Shown one piece after another: positions 28,317-39,092 of a stretch of 64,000 bases of DNA. Position numbers and translations under genes: made by a program. Under the pieces are notes generated by a model. The model did no database searches, was not told the DNA's origin, and saw only the letters and a program-made list of their open reading frames with translations. How positions within the stretch are numbered: position 1 is the first letter of the stretch; each line of letters begins with the position of its first letter. The stretch covers positions 26,362 through 90,361 of the forward strand of contig JBGAIQ010000023.1 of NCBI GenBank assembly GCA_044225365.1, read 5' to 3'. Source of the stretch: Planctomycetota bacterium. GTDB lineage: Bacteria > Planctomycetota > B15-G4 > JADJEK01.

Positions 28317-29138
28317 TCAGTGCGGCTTGTCTTCGTCGCTGACCCGCGCGCTCTCCAGCAGGAGATGCGTGATCCCGAGCTTCACTCGGTTCTCGGTCGA
28401 GTTCGACAATCGCTCCGCGAACGAGAACGCGGAGTTCTTCACCTCGAACAGGCGCTGGAACAGCATCTTCACCTGGATCTCGAGCGCCTGCGTGAGGTGC
28501 TCCGCGGTGACGATGCCGGCTTTCTCGAGCGCGATGCCGATCTTCCCGCTCCAACGGGTGTGACCGCGCAGCATCGTGCGCAAGCGATTCGCGTCGACGA
28601 AACCCTGATCGACCATGATGTCGCCGAGGCGCGCTCCGGTCGGTGAATTCGAACTGCTCGCGTGGACGAGGACGCCCTGCTCGAGTTGGAGCGTGAAGGT
28701 CTCGGCCTTTGCGCGAACCCACAGAATGCCCGTCTTCTTCATCATCGACAGGAATTCGAGCAGATCGGCGATCGGGACCGCGGACGTCGAACCGCTGAGC
28801 ACGCACATCCCGGCCTGCTCGTTCAGCAGGTTGAGAGGTGGATCGATCCCGGTCGCGTGCGGCGCCTTCGACGATGCCATCGACTTGGCCACGTCGCCCG
28901 CGTCCCCCATGTCGCTGTTCATCCCACGGATGCGATGCGTGGGCTCGAGGATCGCTTCGGAGGCGTCGTCCAGGAGGTCGGCGGCGCGTTCCGCGGCCTC
29001 GATAACGAGTTCCGCAGCGCCCCGCGAGCGCAACACGGCGCGAAATGCGTGCGCGCGCTTCGCGGCGGCACGTCCAGCGGATGCGAGTTCGGCCTTCTCT
29101 TCGTCGGTGATCGTCTTCATGCGGGTCTTCGTTTGCAT
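28317..29138 (-). CDS. DUF4388 (PATAN-like) domain protein with MshEN-like repeats
   Basis: LSGS....IADLLEFL....KTGILWV; RLGDIMVDQG and KIGIALEKAG repeats; LLLESARVSDE. Confidence 0.75.
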   Translation of the reverse strand: MQTKTRMKTITDEEKAELASAGRAAAKRAHAFRAVLRSRGAAELVIEAAERAADLLDDASEAILEPTHRIRGMNSDMGDAGDVAKSMASSKAPHATGIDPPLNLLNEQAGMCVLSGSTSAVPIADLLEFLSMMKKTGILWVRAKAETFTLQLEQGVLVHASSSNSPTGARLGDIMVDQGFVDANRLRTMLRGHTRWSGKIGIALEKAGIVTAEHLTQALEIQVKMLFQRLFEVKNSAFSFAERLSNSTENRVKLGITHLLLESARVSDEDKPH

Positions 29139-29285
29139 GGCCTTCACTCCCAGCTTTTCACCGGGAGAACATCGGCCGTCGACCGGGGATGACTTGAATA
29201 GCGAGATTCGAAGATCGGCGATTCCGATGGCGATGCGAAGGATCACGCGCACTCATCGCATTCGAACCTCGGGCATCCGTCACGC

Positions 29286-29978
29286 TCACAAGCACTCCCG
29301 AAGGAACTCCCCGATCGGGCCGATCACTTCCGAGCGCAGCCCATGCCCGCCCTCGTGCTCGAGCAACCGCGCGGGGACGCCGGCCTTCGCGAGGCGCTCG
29401 ATCTGCTCGCGCTGCCGGTCGATCGCGATGCTCGCGTCGCGGCGGCCGTGCACCGCGAGGACCGGCAAGTTCACCGTCGCGAGGTAGGCGTCTTCGAAGA
29501 GCTCGGTCTTGATCCTCGTCGCGATCGCGACGAGCGCCTTGAACTTCGTGGGATGCGAGAGCGCGTGCGCGCCGGCGAGGTAGCCGCCCTGGCTGTAGCC
29601 GAGCAGCGCCACCCGACTTGACGCGACGGGATGCTCGGCGCAGACCGCCGCGATCCGCCGGTCGAGGTGCTCGCCGATGGCCCGCAGCGCCGTTCTGAAC
29701 TCGACCTGATCGCCCGTGTACTGGTACCAGGCGAACCCGATACGGGGCGGCTTCTCCTCGCGCATCTCGACGGGGAAGGGTCCATCGAGGCAGAGCAGGG
29801 CCAACCCGGAATCGACGAGCCCCATAGTGCGCTCGCGAAAGCGCGAGGCGGATTCACCGTACCCGTGCAGCGCGACGACGAGCGGAAATCCCCCATCGGG
29901 CACCGCTCCATCCGGCAACACGAGTTCGTGCCGCGCCGCGATCGTGAAAGGAACCGTTCCCGCGCGAATTGTCGGCAT
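29286..29978 (-). CDS. Phospholipase/carboxylesterase family alpha/beta hydrolase
   Basis: ALHGYG, GYSQGG, VHGRRD and GGH. Confidence 0.88.
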   Translation of the reverse strand: MPTIRAGTVPFTIAARHELVLPDGAVPDGGFPLVVALHGYGESASRFRERTMGLVDSGLALLCLDGPFPVEMREEKPPRIGFAWYQYTGDQVEFRTALRAIGEHLDRRIAAVCAEHPVASSRVALLGYSQGGYLAGAHALSHPTKFKALVAIATRIKTELFEDAYLATVNLPVLAVHGRRDASIAIDRQREQIERLAKAGVPARLLEHEGGHGLRSEVIGPIGEFLRECL

Positions 29979-30082
29979 GGTCGTCTCCGGGAGCCCAATA
30001 CGTTTTGCTATCCTGCCAGACCTTTTCCGGCCCTGTCGAATCGAAGATGGTAGACGGCGCAAGCCGCCACTCGGAGCGCGCG

Positions 30083-31489
30083 ATGGACGTCAGCATGACG
30101 AAGGATTTCGTGAACAAGATCTGGGACGAGTCGATCGTTCCGACCCTCACGGAGTACATCAAGATCCCGAACAAGTCGCCGATGTTCGATCCAAAATGGC
30201 GCGAGAACGGCCACATGGACCGCGCGGTCGAATTGATCTCGAACTGGTGCAAGCAGCAGCCGATCGCCGGGATGACGCTCGAAGTCGTGCGACTCGGCGA
30301 CCGCACGCCCGTCATCCTGATGGACATCCCGGGTGATGTGGACGACACCGTCCTCCTCTACGGCCACCTCGACAAGCAGCCGGAGATGACGGGCTGGCTC
30401 GACGGCCTCGGCCCGTGGACGCCGGTGATGAAGGGCGACAAGCTCTACGGCCGTGGCGGCGCCGACGACGGATACGCCGCCTTCGCCTCGCTGACCGCGA
30501 TCCGCGCCGCGAAGGAAGCGGGCGCGAAGCTCGCGCGCTGCGTCGTGTTGATCGAGGCCTGTGAGGAGAGCGGGAGTTTCGACCTGCCCGCGTACATCGA
30601 TCACCTCGCACCGCGCATCGGTTCGCCATCGCTCGTGATCTGTCTCGACTCGGGCTGTGGCAACTACGAACAGATGTGGTGCACGACGTCGCTGCGCGGA
30701 CTCGTCGGCGGCGACCTGACGGTGCAGGTCCTGAACGAAGGCGTGCACAGCGGCGACGCTTCCGGCATCGTCCCGTCCTCGTTCCGCATCCTGCGTCAGG
30801 TCCTCTCGCGTCTCGAGGACGAGAAGACCGGCCGCATCAAGCTGAAGGACCTCTGGACCAAGATCCCGGCCCAGCGCGTCGCGCAGGCCAAGGCCGTCGC
30901 GAAAGTGCTCGGCAACGCCGTGTGGAACAAGTTCCCCTTCCACGGCAAGACCAAGCAGATGGGCAAGGACAACGTCGATCGCGTGCTGAACCGCACGTGG
31001 CGGCCGACGCTTTCGATCACCGGCGTCGCCGGCATTCCGCCGCTGGATTCCGCGGGCAACGTGCTGCGTCCGCAGACCGCGGTCAAGGTCTCGGTCCGCA
31101 TCCCGCCGCTCGTCGACGGTCCCAAGGTCGCAAAGAAGCTGAAGCAGCTCCTCGAGAAGTCACCGCCCTACGGCGCACGCGTCGAGTTCAAGGGCGAGAA
31201 GGGCAGCAGCGGCTGGAACGCTCCCGCGCTCGCGAAGTGGCTCGAGGATTCGATGGCGTCGGCGTCGATGAGCTTCTTCGGCAAGAAGGCGGTCTACATG
31301 GGCGAGGGCGGCACGATCCCGTTCATGGGCATGCTCGGCGAGAAGTTCCCGAAGGCGCAGTTCATGATCACGGGCGTCCTCGGCCCCAGCAGCAATGCGC
31401 ACGGCCCGAACGAATTCCTGCACATCCCGACCGGCAAGAAGCTGACCTGCTGCGTCGCGCAGGTCCTCGAAGATCACGCGAAGCGTTGA
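30083..31489 (+). CDS. M20 family metallopeptidase/deacylase
   Basis: YGHLDKQP, YGRGGADDG, CEESGS and NAHGPNE. Confidence 0.92.
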   Translation: MDVSMTKDFVNKIWDESIVPTLTEYIKIPNKSPMFDPKWRENGHMDRAVELISNWCKQQPIAGMTLEVVRLGDRTPVILMDIPGDVDDTVLLYGHLDKQPEMTGWLDGLGPWTPVMKGDKLYGRGGADDGYAAFASLTAIRAAKEAGAKLARCVVLIEACEESGSFDLPAYIDHLAPRIGSPSLVICLDSGCGNYEQMWCTTSLRGLVGGDLTVQVLNEGVHSGDASGIVPSSFRILRQVLSRLEDEKTGRIKLKDLWTKIPAQRVAQAKAVAKVLGNAVWNKFPFHGKTKQMGKDNVDRVLNRTWRPTLSITGVAGIPPLDSAGNVLRPQTAVKVSVRIPPLVDGPKVAKKLKQLLEKSPPYGARVEFKGEKGSSGWNAPALAKWLEDSMASASMSFFGKKAVYMGEGGTIPFMGMLGEKFPKAQFMITGVLGPSSNAHGPNEFLHIPTGKKLTCCVAQVLEDHAKR

Positions 31490-31501
31490 ACGGTTGATCC
31501 C

Positions 31502-33133
31502 ATGTCGGACTCCATCGCCCATCCTCCACTCCCCACGAACGAGCCCATCAAGTCCTACGCCCCCGGCGCGCCGGAGACGAAGGCGTTGAAGGATGCGATC
31601 GCCGCGCAGCGCAGCGAGACGATCGAGATCCCGATGATCATCGGGGGCAAGGAAGTCCGCAGCGGCAAGCTCGCGAACGTCGTCGAGCCGCATGCGCATC
31701 AGAAGGTCCTCGCGCGCGCGCACCTCGCGAGGCCCGAGGACGTGAAGGCCGCGATCGACGCGGCAGTGAAGGCGCAGCACGATTGGGCCGCGCTGCCGTT
31801 CGAGCAGCGCGCCTCGATCTTCCTCAAGGCCGCCGACCTGCTCGCGGGCCCGTGGCGCGCGAGGATCAACGCGGCGACGATGCTGGGTCAGAGCAAGACG
31901 CCGTTCCAGGCCGAGATCGATTCGGCCTGCGAGCTGATCGACTTCCTGCGCTACAACGCGCACTACGCAGCGCAGATCCTCGAGGTGCAGCCCGGTAGTC
32001 AACCCGGGATGTGGAATCGCTGCGAGTATCGCAATCTCGAAGGCTTCGTGCTCGCCGTGACGCCATTCAACTTCACGTCGATCGCGGGGAACCTTCCGAC
32101 CTCGCCCGCCTACTTCGGCAACGTCGCCGTGTGGAAGCCCGCGACGACGTCGATCTTCTCGAACTACCTCCTGATGCGTCTCTACATGGAGGCCGGCGTC
32201 CCGCCCGGAGTCATCAACTTCGTCCCGGGCGACGGCGCCACGATCGGCGGCCTCGCGCTGCCGAGCGAGCATCTCGCCGGCATTCACTTCACCGGCTCGA
32301 CCGGCACCTTCAACCACATGTGGAAGACGGTCTCGGAGAACCTCACGCGGTACAAGGGCTACCCGCGACTCGTGGGCGAAACGGGTGGCAAGGACTTCGT
32401 GTTCGCGCATCCGTCGGCCGACGTCGACGCCCTCGTCATCGCGCTGCTGCGCGGCGCGTTCGAATACCAAGGTCAGAAGTGCTCCGCCGCAAGTCGCGCC
32501 TACATCCCGCAGTCGCTGTGGCCGCGCGTTCGCGACCGCCTCGTCGCCGAACTGAAGAGCGTGAAGATGGGCGATCCCACCGACTTCACGACGTTCCTCG
32601 GCGCCGTCATCGACGAGAAGTCGTGGACGACGCAGAAGACGCACATCGAGAAGATGCGCGCGAACAAGGACGCGAAGATCGTCGCGGGCGGCGAGTGCGA
32701 CAAGAGCGTCGGCTACTTCGTTCAGCCTACCGTCATCGAGACGTCCGATCCGCGCGCCGTCACGATGTGCGAAGAGCTCTTCGGTCCCGTCCTCACGATC
32801 CACCCCTACGCCGACGAGCAGCTCGACGCCACGCTCGAGCTGTGCGACACGACCTCGCCGTACGCGCTCACCGGCGCGATCTTCGCGCAGGATCGCGGCG
32901 CGATCGATCACATGAGCAAGAAGCTGCGGCAGGCCGCGGGCAACTTCTACATCAACGACAAGCCCACCGGCGCGGTCGTCGGGCAGCAGCCCTTCGGCGG
33001 CGCGCGCGCGTCCGGCACCAACGACAAGGCGGGTTCCCTTTGGAACCTCATCCGTTGGACGTCGGTGCGCACGATCAAGGAAACGTTCGTGCCGCCGAAG
33101 GACTGGCGCTACCCGCACATGGGCAGCGCGTGA
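31502..33133 (+). CDS. pruA: L-glutamate gamma-semialdehyde (P5C) dehydrogenase
   Basis: NEPIKSYAPG, FTGST, GETGGKDF, FEYQGQKCSAASR and SGTNDKAGS. Confidence 0.95.
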   Translation: MSDSIAHPPLPTNEPIKSYAPGAPETKALKDAIAAQRSETIEIPMIIGGKEVRSGKLANVVEPHAHQKVLARAHLARPEDVKAAIDAAVKAQHDWAALPFEQRASIFLKAADLLAGPWRARINAATMLGQSKTPFQAEIDSACELIDFLRYNAHYAAQILEVQPGSQPGMWNRCEYRNLEGFVLAVTPFNFTSIAGNLPTSPAYFGNVAVWKPATTSIFSNYLLMRLYMEAGVPPGVINFVPGDGATIGGLALPSEHLAGIHFTGSTGTFNHMWKTVSENLTRYKGYPRLVGETGGKDFVFAHPSADVDALVIALLRGAFEYQGQKCSAASRAYIPQSLWPRVRDRLVAELKSVKMGDPTDFTTFLGAVIDEKSWTTQKTHIEKMRANKDAKIVAGGECDKSVGYFVQPTVIETSDPRAVTMCEELFGPVLTIHPYADEQLDATLELCDTTSPYALTGAIFAQDRGAIDHMSKKLRQAAGNFYINDKPTGAVVGQQPFGGARASGTNDKAGSLWNLIRWTSVRTIKETFVPPKDWRYPHMGSA

Positions 33134-33136
33134 GAT

Positions 33137-35320
33137 TCACTGCAGTGTGACGATCAGCGTGTCCGTCGTCTGAAAGGTCGTCGACCCGGTCAGCGTGGTG
33201 CAGGACGTTCCGATCAAGACGTTCTCGACGACGCCCTGGATCGCGATCTGAGTACCGACGAGCGCGGGACTCGTGCCGTTGACGATCGTCGCGCTCGAAC
33301 CCACGATCACGTTGGTCGGCGCGACGCCGTACGTACACGCCGCACAGATGCCCCATGAGAACGGCGTGCCGACGAGGATCTTCGGCGATCCGAAATTCGC
33401 AACCTTCGTCACGTTGACGGTTCCCGTTCCGCCGACCAGCGAGAGTTGCCCCGTGAACGAGATCTTCGGTTCGAAGATGCCGCCGCAACCGGTTTGGGAA
33501 ACCTGCACGCCCCCGGGCAGGACCGCGGATTGATAGAAGGCGGCGGCGAGATCGAAATTCGAGGCGTCGTTCACCAACCAGGTCACGAGGGACTTTCCGA
33601 CCGGGCCGCCCGATTCGTACGCGGTCGTCACGTCCGCGGCATAACCGTGGCCCGAAGGCGTGGGCGTGGAGAGGTTGTGCTCGAGCATTTGGAATCCGCT
33701 GCTCGTCGTCAGGAACGTGCCCATGGTCACGTCGAGCGATTCGCGCGAGTAACAGTACACGTAGCGACCTCCGTCGCGGGCGAGATGCGGTTCGACGTCG
33801 AACGAATTCACGTTCGGATGGTCGAGCAGGGAAAAGTTCGTCATCACGCCATCGGTCGCGAGCGCGCCGTTCGAGAATTTCATCTTCCGGACTTGGATGT
33901 CGGAGATGTTGCTCGTCGTGATGTAACGATTCCACATCGCGACGTAGTTGATGCCGTCGCCCGCCACGCTCATATCCGAGATCTTCCCGGTCGCATTACC
34001 GAGCAGCACGCTCGATCCGGTGCCGAGTCCGCTGACCGCGTCGATCACACGCGCATTCAACGTGACGGCTGGACTGTTCGAGTTATCCGCATAGGCGACG
34101 ATCCAGCGCTTCGCACCGGCGTCGGTCGCGGTCACGTCGGCGAAGTAGTAGGCGCCGTTGTCGGCGACGGTACCCCCGAGCCCGATGACGCCGAGATTCG
34201 AGATCGTGCGCGCCTGGAGCTTCGTGGCGTCGTTGAGGAGATTCCCCTCGGCATAGACCACGAGACCATAATTGAAGCCGGGCGACTCGATCCCGGCGAC
34301 GTGCGGGTTGTTGCAGTAGTTCCCCGACGCAAGGGTCATCGCCGCGCCGACGGCGCCATTCGATGCCGCCACGAATCGCACCTTGATCTTGTTGCCGGAA
34401 AGCACGCCACCGTCGAACTCGTACGCGATGAGGAAGAACCCGGTCGACGCGATGTCGCCGACCGACGGATCCCGCGAGGTGGAGGTCGTGATATCGATCG
34501 GCAGCGACGTGATGACGTTGCCATTGCCGTCGAGGTAGAACCCGATCGTGTCGGGATCCGGGTTGTATTCATCGTCGTCGTGGAACACGACGACGTACGT
34601 GTCGCTGGTCGCGTCGTACGCGGTCTTCGCGTCGAACACGTTGAACGTCGCGCCGGACTCGATCGTGATGAATTGGAGCACGGGATCGACGACGAGCGGC
34701 AGCGTCGCGTCCCGCACGAATGCCTCGGGGACATGCAGGCGGATCCGATCGCCGAGGAATTCGCTCGAGGACTTCACCTCGCGCCCTCTCGCGTCGCGGG
34801 TCGTGACGTCGCCGTAGACCGCTTCGCCCTTGCCTTCGACGTCGAAGCGCAGGCCGCCATCATGACCGCGATAGGTCCAAGCCGTGTCGATCGGTAGGTC
34901 GATCACGATCTCGCCGCGCTTTGCGAGCGATGGGATCTCGAAGGTCTGCTCGACGCGATCGAGTTCGAGATTCCATCGCTCGACGAACGATCCGTGGTCT
35001 TGGACGAAGCTTCCACCATCGACCACCGGCGCGAGATCGTCGTCGCTCGCGAGTGCGGACCCGCCGAGGGTCATGCTCGGAGTGTGGAACGACAGAGGAG
35101 AATGCCGGCCAAGACCCTTCACGAGGGGGTAGAACGTGAAGCCGTCGCGCGTCGCGTGGAGCTTCCAGGTTCCGGTGCGTGCCCACAGACCGGATTCCGG
35201 ATCCGCTTCTACGAGCGGACTCTTCAGCGCGAGGGGAGCGGCCGCGCGGACCTGCGGCCCGGTATCGAGATCGACGGCGCCGAACAGGGAACATGCAAAG
35301 AGCAACGTGGAAACGGACAT
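33137..35320 (-). CDS. Large secreted beta-rich protein with C-terminal putative sorting domain
   Basis: Signal peptide; VEQTFEI...LPLVVDP N-domain; propeller-like middle; ~110-aa CTD ending TDTLIVTLQ. Confidence 0.7.
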   Translation of the reverse strand: MSVSTLLFACSLFGAVDLDTGPQVRAAAPLALKSPLVEADPESGLWARTGTWKLHATRDGFTFYPLVKGLGRHSPLSFHTPSMTLGGSALASDDDLAPVVDGGSFVQDHGSFVERWNLELDRVEQTFEIPSLAKRGEIVIDLPIDTAWTYRGHDGGLRFDVEGKGEAVYGDVTTRDARGREVKSSSEFLGDRIRLHVPEAFVRDATLPLVVDPVLQFITIESGATFNVFDAKTAYDATSDTYVVVFHDDDEYNPDPDTIGFYLDGNGNVITSLPIDITTSTSRDPSVGDIASTGFFLIAYEFDGGVLSGNKIKVRFVAASNGAVGAAMTLASGNYCNNPHVAGIESPGFNYGLVVYAEGNLLNDATKLQARTISNLGVIGLGGTVADNGAYYFADVTATDAGAKRWIVAYADNSNSPAVTLNARVIDAVSGLGTGSSVLLGNATGKISDMSVAGDGINYVAMWNRYITTSNISDIQVRKMKFSNGALATDGVMTNFSLLDHPNVNSFDVEPHLARDGGRYVYCYSRESLDVTMGTFLTTSSGFQMLEHNLSTPTPSGHGYAADVTTAYESGGPVGKSLVTWLVNDASNFDLAAAFYQSAVLPGGVQVSQTGCGGIFEPKISFTGQLSLVGGTGTVNVTKVANFGSPKILVGTPFSWGICAACTYGVAPTNVIVGSSATIVNGTSPALVGTQIAIQGVVENVLIGTSCTTLTGSTTFQTTDTLIVTLQ

Positions 35321-35422
35321 TCTCGCGATCCTTCCGTCGGTTCGAGGGGTCGAGCCGAAAGGACGAGGAATCACGGACGTCGCGACAAGAATTCCTTCGA
35401 AGAGTGAGACCGTGTCGACGAG

Positions 35423-35989
35423 CTATACGCTGCGGCCGCCGAACTTGGCGAGCACGATCCCGGCGGCGACGAATCCCATCACCTGGTCGACGAGTTGAGC
35501 GAGCGTGTACTCGAGCGGGAAGTGATACCAATTCCAGTACGACAGCTCGATCGACGACCACGCGGCCACGCCGAGGAGCGCGACGAAGGCGAGGCGCGGG
35601 ACGAAGCTCGTGAGACGCGAGCGCGCGAGCAGGAATCCCGCGACGAGACAGGCGAGCACATCGGCGGCGAACTCGATCCCGAGCTGTTTCGGCGTCATCG
35701 CCTCTTCACCGCCCTTGGTCACGATGAACAGGCCGCTCGGACCCTTCGCGAGCTGTTCGTTGTGCGCCGCCATGACCTTCTCGTCCTGCCAATTGCCGTG
35801 CATTCCGGGGACCATGTAGAGCCCGTCCTTCGGCACGGCGGTCTCTAGCGCGGTGAGGAAGGCGGGCTCGGCGGCTTCCGGCAACTCGCTGAATCCCATC
35901 GTTCCGAGCGGCGTCGCCATGTGCGAGATCGCGCCCCAGATGAACATGGCGAGTCCGACGGCGAGTGCGACGATGAGGCTTCTCAGCAT
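35423..35989 (-). CDS. Conserved hypothetical membrane protein
   Basis: MFIWGAISHM N-terminal TM; three C-terminal TMs with SYWNWYHFP. Confidence 0.7.
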   Translation of the reverse strand: MLRSLIVALAVGLAMFIWGAISHMATPLGTMGFSELPEAAEPAFLTALETAVPKDGLYMVPGMHGNWQDEKVMAAHNEQLAKGPSGLFIVTKGGEEAMTPKQLGIEFAADVLACLVAGFLLARSRLTSFVPRLAFVALLGVAAWSSIELSYWNWYHFPLEYTLAQLVDQVMGFVAAGIVLAKFGGRSV

Positions 35990-36077
35990 GGCGATCTCTT
36001 CCCCCGTGGGGCGTGAATTGTGAGGGCGCGAGGTTCGATGTCGCCATGGTGCCGCGAACGATCGGAACGAGCAAGCC

Positions 36078-36800
36078 TCAACGAGCTGCGGCGCGCAGGG
36101 ATTCGATCTCATTCTCCGAGAGGCATCGCGACGTTCCTGGCGAGAGATCGCAAAGACGGAGTGGGCCGATCGCGATTCTCTCGAGGGAGACCACCCGTAA
36201 GCCGAGCTGGTGGAGACTGCGCCGGATCTGACGGAAGCGACCTTCGATGAGGCGCATTTCGAGCGTGGTCGTGCGATCGTCGGCCGATTCGATGGTGGTC
36301 GCCATCGGCTTCAAGCGCTCGCCGTCGAGTTCGATCCCATCGCGCAGCGGACCAAGGCGCGAGTCGTCGACTCCGCCTGCGACCTTCACGCGATAGACCT
36401 TCTCGATCCTCGAATTCGGTCCGGTGATCGAGAAGTGAAGGTCGCCGTCGGTCGTGAGCAAGAGCAGACCACACGAGTCGCGATCGAGCCGACCCACGGG
36501 CTTTGCGCGCTTGAATTCCGGATCGACGAGATCGCGTACGGTCCTGCGTCCTTCGGGATCCCGCAACGTGGTGACGACGCCGACGGGCTTGTTCAGCATG
36601 ACGTAGAGTCGCGGCTCCTGTCCTACGCGCGAGCCGTCCAACTCGATCACGTCGGCGTCGGGATCCACGACGGTCGACGGGTCGAGGATGATCTCTCCAT
36701 TGACGGCGATGCGTCCCGCCGCGACGGCGAGATCGGTCTCGCCACGCGACAGGACGCCCCACTTCGGTAGAAGTCGCCGGAGAGGAACCGCCGAGGTCAT
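36078..36800 (-). CDS. rRNA pseudouridine synthase (RsuA/RluB family)
   Basis: S4 domain; MLNKPVGVVTT; VGRLDRDSCGLLLLT; EGRFRQIRR. Confidence 0.92.
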   Translation of the reverse strand: MTSAVPLRRLLPKWGVLSRGETDLAVAAGRIAVNGEIILDPSTVVDPDADVIELDGSRVGQEPRLYVMLNKPVGVVTTLRDPEGRRTVRDLVDPEFKRAKPVGRLDRDSCGLLLLTTDGDLHFSITGPNSRIEKVYRVKVAGGVDDSRLGPLRDGIELDGERLKPMATTIESADDRTTTLEMRLIEGRFRQIRRSLHQLGLRVVSLERIAIGPLRLCDLSPGTSRCLSENEIESLRAAAR

Positions 36801-36821
36801 GTTCCGCTCACTTCCGGGAAA

Positions 36822-39092
36822 TCAACGATCGGACTTCGATGCACCTTGGGATCCCAGCGCGCGATGCAGTGCCGCGAGCATCGACCGCAATTCGTCGAGC
36901 ACGGGCCGCGACTGGCGGACGATCATGCGGCCGCCGAAGTGGCTCACGCTGACTCCCGGCCAGACGTCCCAGGTTTGCGGGCGCACCTGCTGCCGAATCA
37001 ATTGATCGAGCTGATCGACCGGCATGTCGCCATCTTCGGGCGAATTGGGGACGACGAGATCCGCGACATCGAACATCTCGACCGCGAGCGGAGGCTGAGT
37101 CGCCATTTCGATCACGCCGTGGTCCGCGACCGCGTAACGATCGAAGTGCTGCGCCACCGAACCGATGACCGCGCGCAGCGAGACCTTTTCGAGGTGGACC
37201 GTCACCGGCTCGCCCGAGTACTCCGGCGGCACGACGAACGTCACACCGAACTGGTGGCGAACCCACTCACCGAATTCCGCGACCGTCGTCGTCTGCAGGT
37301 CCGCGTCGATGATCTTCTCGAGCCTCGCGTCGAGATCGTCCTGCCACGTCGCGCGCGGAATCGGCTTCTCCACGTAGTCCGCGATCGGGGTCGCGAGCCG
37401 TTCGAGGAATTCGCGCGCGCTCTCGTGCGTTTGCGAATCCGCGGTGATGACGAGCAGGTTCTTGTAGAAGGTCATCGAGTAGCCGAGGCGATCGAAAACG
37501 CCCGGTGATCCGATGAACGTCGCAGCGAGATCGAGCAACCGGGCTTGCCGCGCGGCGATCTCGTCGGGGCCGAGTCCCTCGAACAACACCCCCACGGAGT
37601 AGAACCGCGACTCGACGGCGTGATGAACGGTGTTCTGGGCGCCGATCACGATGCCGGATTCCGAGCGCTCGACGTCGAGATTGCCCGCCTGTCGCGCGAG
37701 CACCGTGAGCACGTCATCGCCCGTGACGTTCGTCGCCTCGAGGACGACGGTCTGATCGAGTGTGCCGTCGTCGATCGAACTCTGCTCCGTGATGTTGATC
37801 TTCAACATCTCCTTCAGCTGTGCGAGCGCATCGCGTAGCGGAATGCCGTCGAACTTCACGTTCAAGGGTTCGGCGAGTTTCGCGTCGATCTGCTTCTGCC
37901 ATTGCGGTGGCTCGGCGTAACCTTCGACGCGGATCTTCGTGGGCGGTTTCTTCACCTGGACCGCGAGGCCGGGCGCGGCGGTACCGACGAGCACGAGCGA
38001 CCCCGTGCCGAGCACGAGGACGCACGACGCGAGCTTGGCGAGCCGAACACTCTTTCCGAAGGACTGGATCATGGCGAACCTCCTCTTCCATTCCTGACCG
38101 CGCAAGAACGCGAGTGCGGCGACTTCGCCGTCGCGAGTGCCGCGTTCGAGCGCTTCGAGCAGAGTCTTGGCATAGGCCTGCGGCGCGGGCGCGCCCTTGG
38201 CCGACAGTGCGTCGCGATCGCGCAACGCTTCGCGAGCGTCGCAGAGTCGACGCAGCGCGATGTGTACGAACGGGTGGAACCAGAACACCGCGCGGACGAC
38301 GGTGAAAACGACGTTCCACAGTGAGTCGCGGCGGCGCAGGTGCGCGAGTTCGTGGAGCAGGATGCAGTGTCTCGCTTCCGCGCCATACGTCGAAGCGAAG
38401 CCGACGGGCAACAGCAGTCGCGGGCGCGTCACGCCGGTCACCGCGGGGCCGTCGATCCAGTCCGTCTCCAGCACTTCGACTTCGCAATTCAACTCCATCG
38501 CCGCGGCCGCGGCGGCGACTTCGTCGGACAGGTCCTCGTCCACGATCCTGCGCGCATGCGAGAGTCGCCTGCGGAATCGCAATTCACGTAGGGCGAGAAC
38601 GACACCCGCAAGGCAAGCCCCGGCGAGCCACAGAACGAGCACGACGATGGAGCGCGACTCCGGAGTCGGCGATTCCTCGATCGCTGCGCCACTCGGCGAG
38701 TGTCCGAGCGATGACTCGGCGCTCGGCGCCCGCGGCGCCAGCGCTTCGCTCACTCGGGTCACGACACGGCTCTTCGCTTCGGGCCTCGGCTCGGGGATCG
38801 ATTTCGCGCGCGCCCCTTCGGGGCGAGGTACGGCACCCGCCTCCGGTCGCTCGACATGCGTGACGCGCGCGACGAGACGCGGGTCGGCGCTCGCCGGCAA
38901 GGGAATCGGCAAGGTCGGCAGCGCGAGTCGCACCAGCACGAGACCCCAGAGCGCCGCGCGCGACCGGGCCGTTATCGCCTTGAAGAAGAGGGTCTCGATG
39001 AGAAGAAGGGCGACGACGAGCAACGCCACCTGAAGCGACGTCTCGGCGAGCCAATCGACCAGCGTGCTCGCGATCGAGGGAAGGAGGCTCAT
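36822..39092 (-). CDS. BlaR1/MecR1-type M56 metallopeptidase sensor with secretin-N/STN-like C-terminal repeats
   Basis: ILLHELAHLRRRD, VFWFHPFV and REALRD; ATGA coupling to blaI; no penicillin-binding domain. Confidence 0.85.
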   Translation of the reverse strand: MSLLPSIASTLVDWLAETSLQVALLVVALLLIETLFFKAITARSRAALWGLVLVRLALPTLPIPLPASADPRLVARVTHVERPEAGAVPRPEGARAKSIPEPRPEAKSRVVTRVSEALAPRAPSAESSLGHSPSGAAIEESPTPESRSIVVLVLWLAGACLAGVVLALRELRFRRRLSHARRIVDEDLSDEVAAAAAAMELNCEVEVLETDWIDGPAVTGVTRPRLLLPVGFASTYGAEARHCILLHELAHLRRRDSLWNVVFTVVRAVFWFHPFVHIALRRLCDAREALRDRDALSAKGAPAPQAYAKTLLEALERGTRDGEVAALAFLRGQEWKRRFAMIQSFGKSVRLAKLASCVLVLGTGSLVLVGTAAPGLAVQVKKPPTKIRVEGYAEPPQWQKQIDAKLAEPLNVKFDGIPLRDALAQLKEMLKINITEQSSIDDGTLDQTVVLEATNVTGDDVLTVLARQAGNLDVERSESGIVIGAQNTVHHAVESRFYSVGVLFEGLGPDEIAARQARLLDLAATFIGSPGVFDRLGYSMTFYKNLLVITADSQTHESAREFLERLATPIADYVEKPIPRATWQDDLDARLEKIIDADLQTTTVAEFGEWVRHQFGVTFVVPPEYSGEPVTVHLEKVSLRAVIGSVAQHFDRYAVADHGVIEMATQPPLAVEMFDVADLVVPNSPEDGDMPVDQLDQLIRQQVRPQTWDVWPGVSVSHFGGRMIVRQSRPVLDELRSMLAALHRALGSQGASKSDR

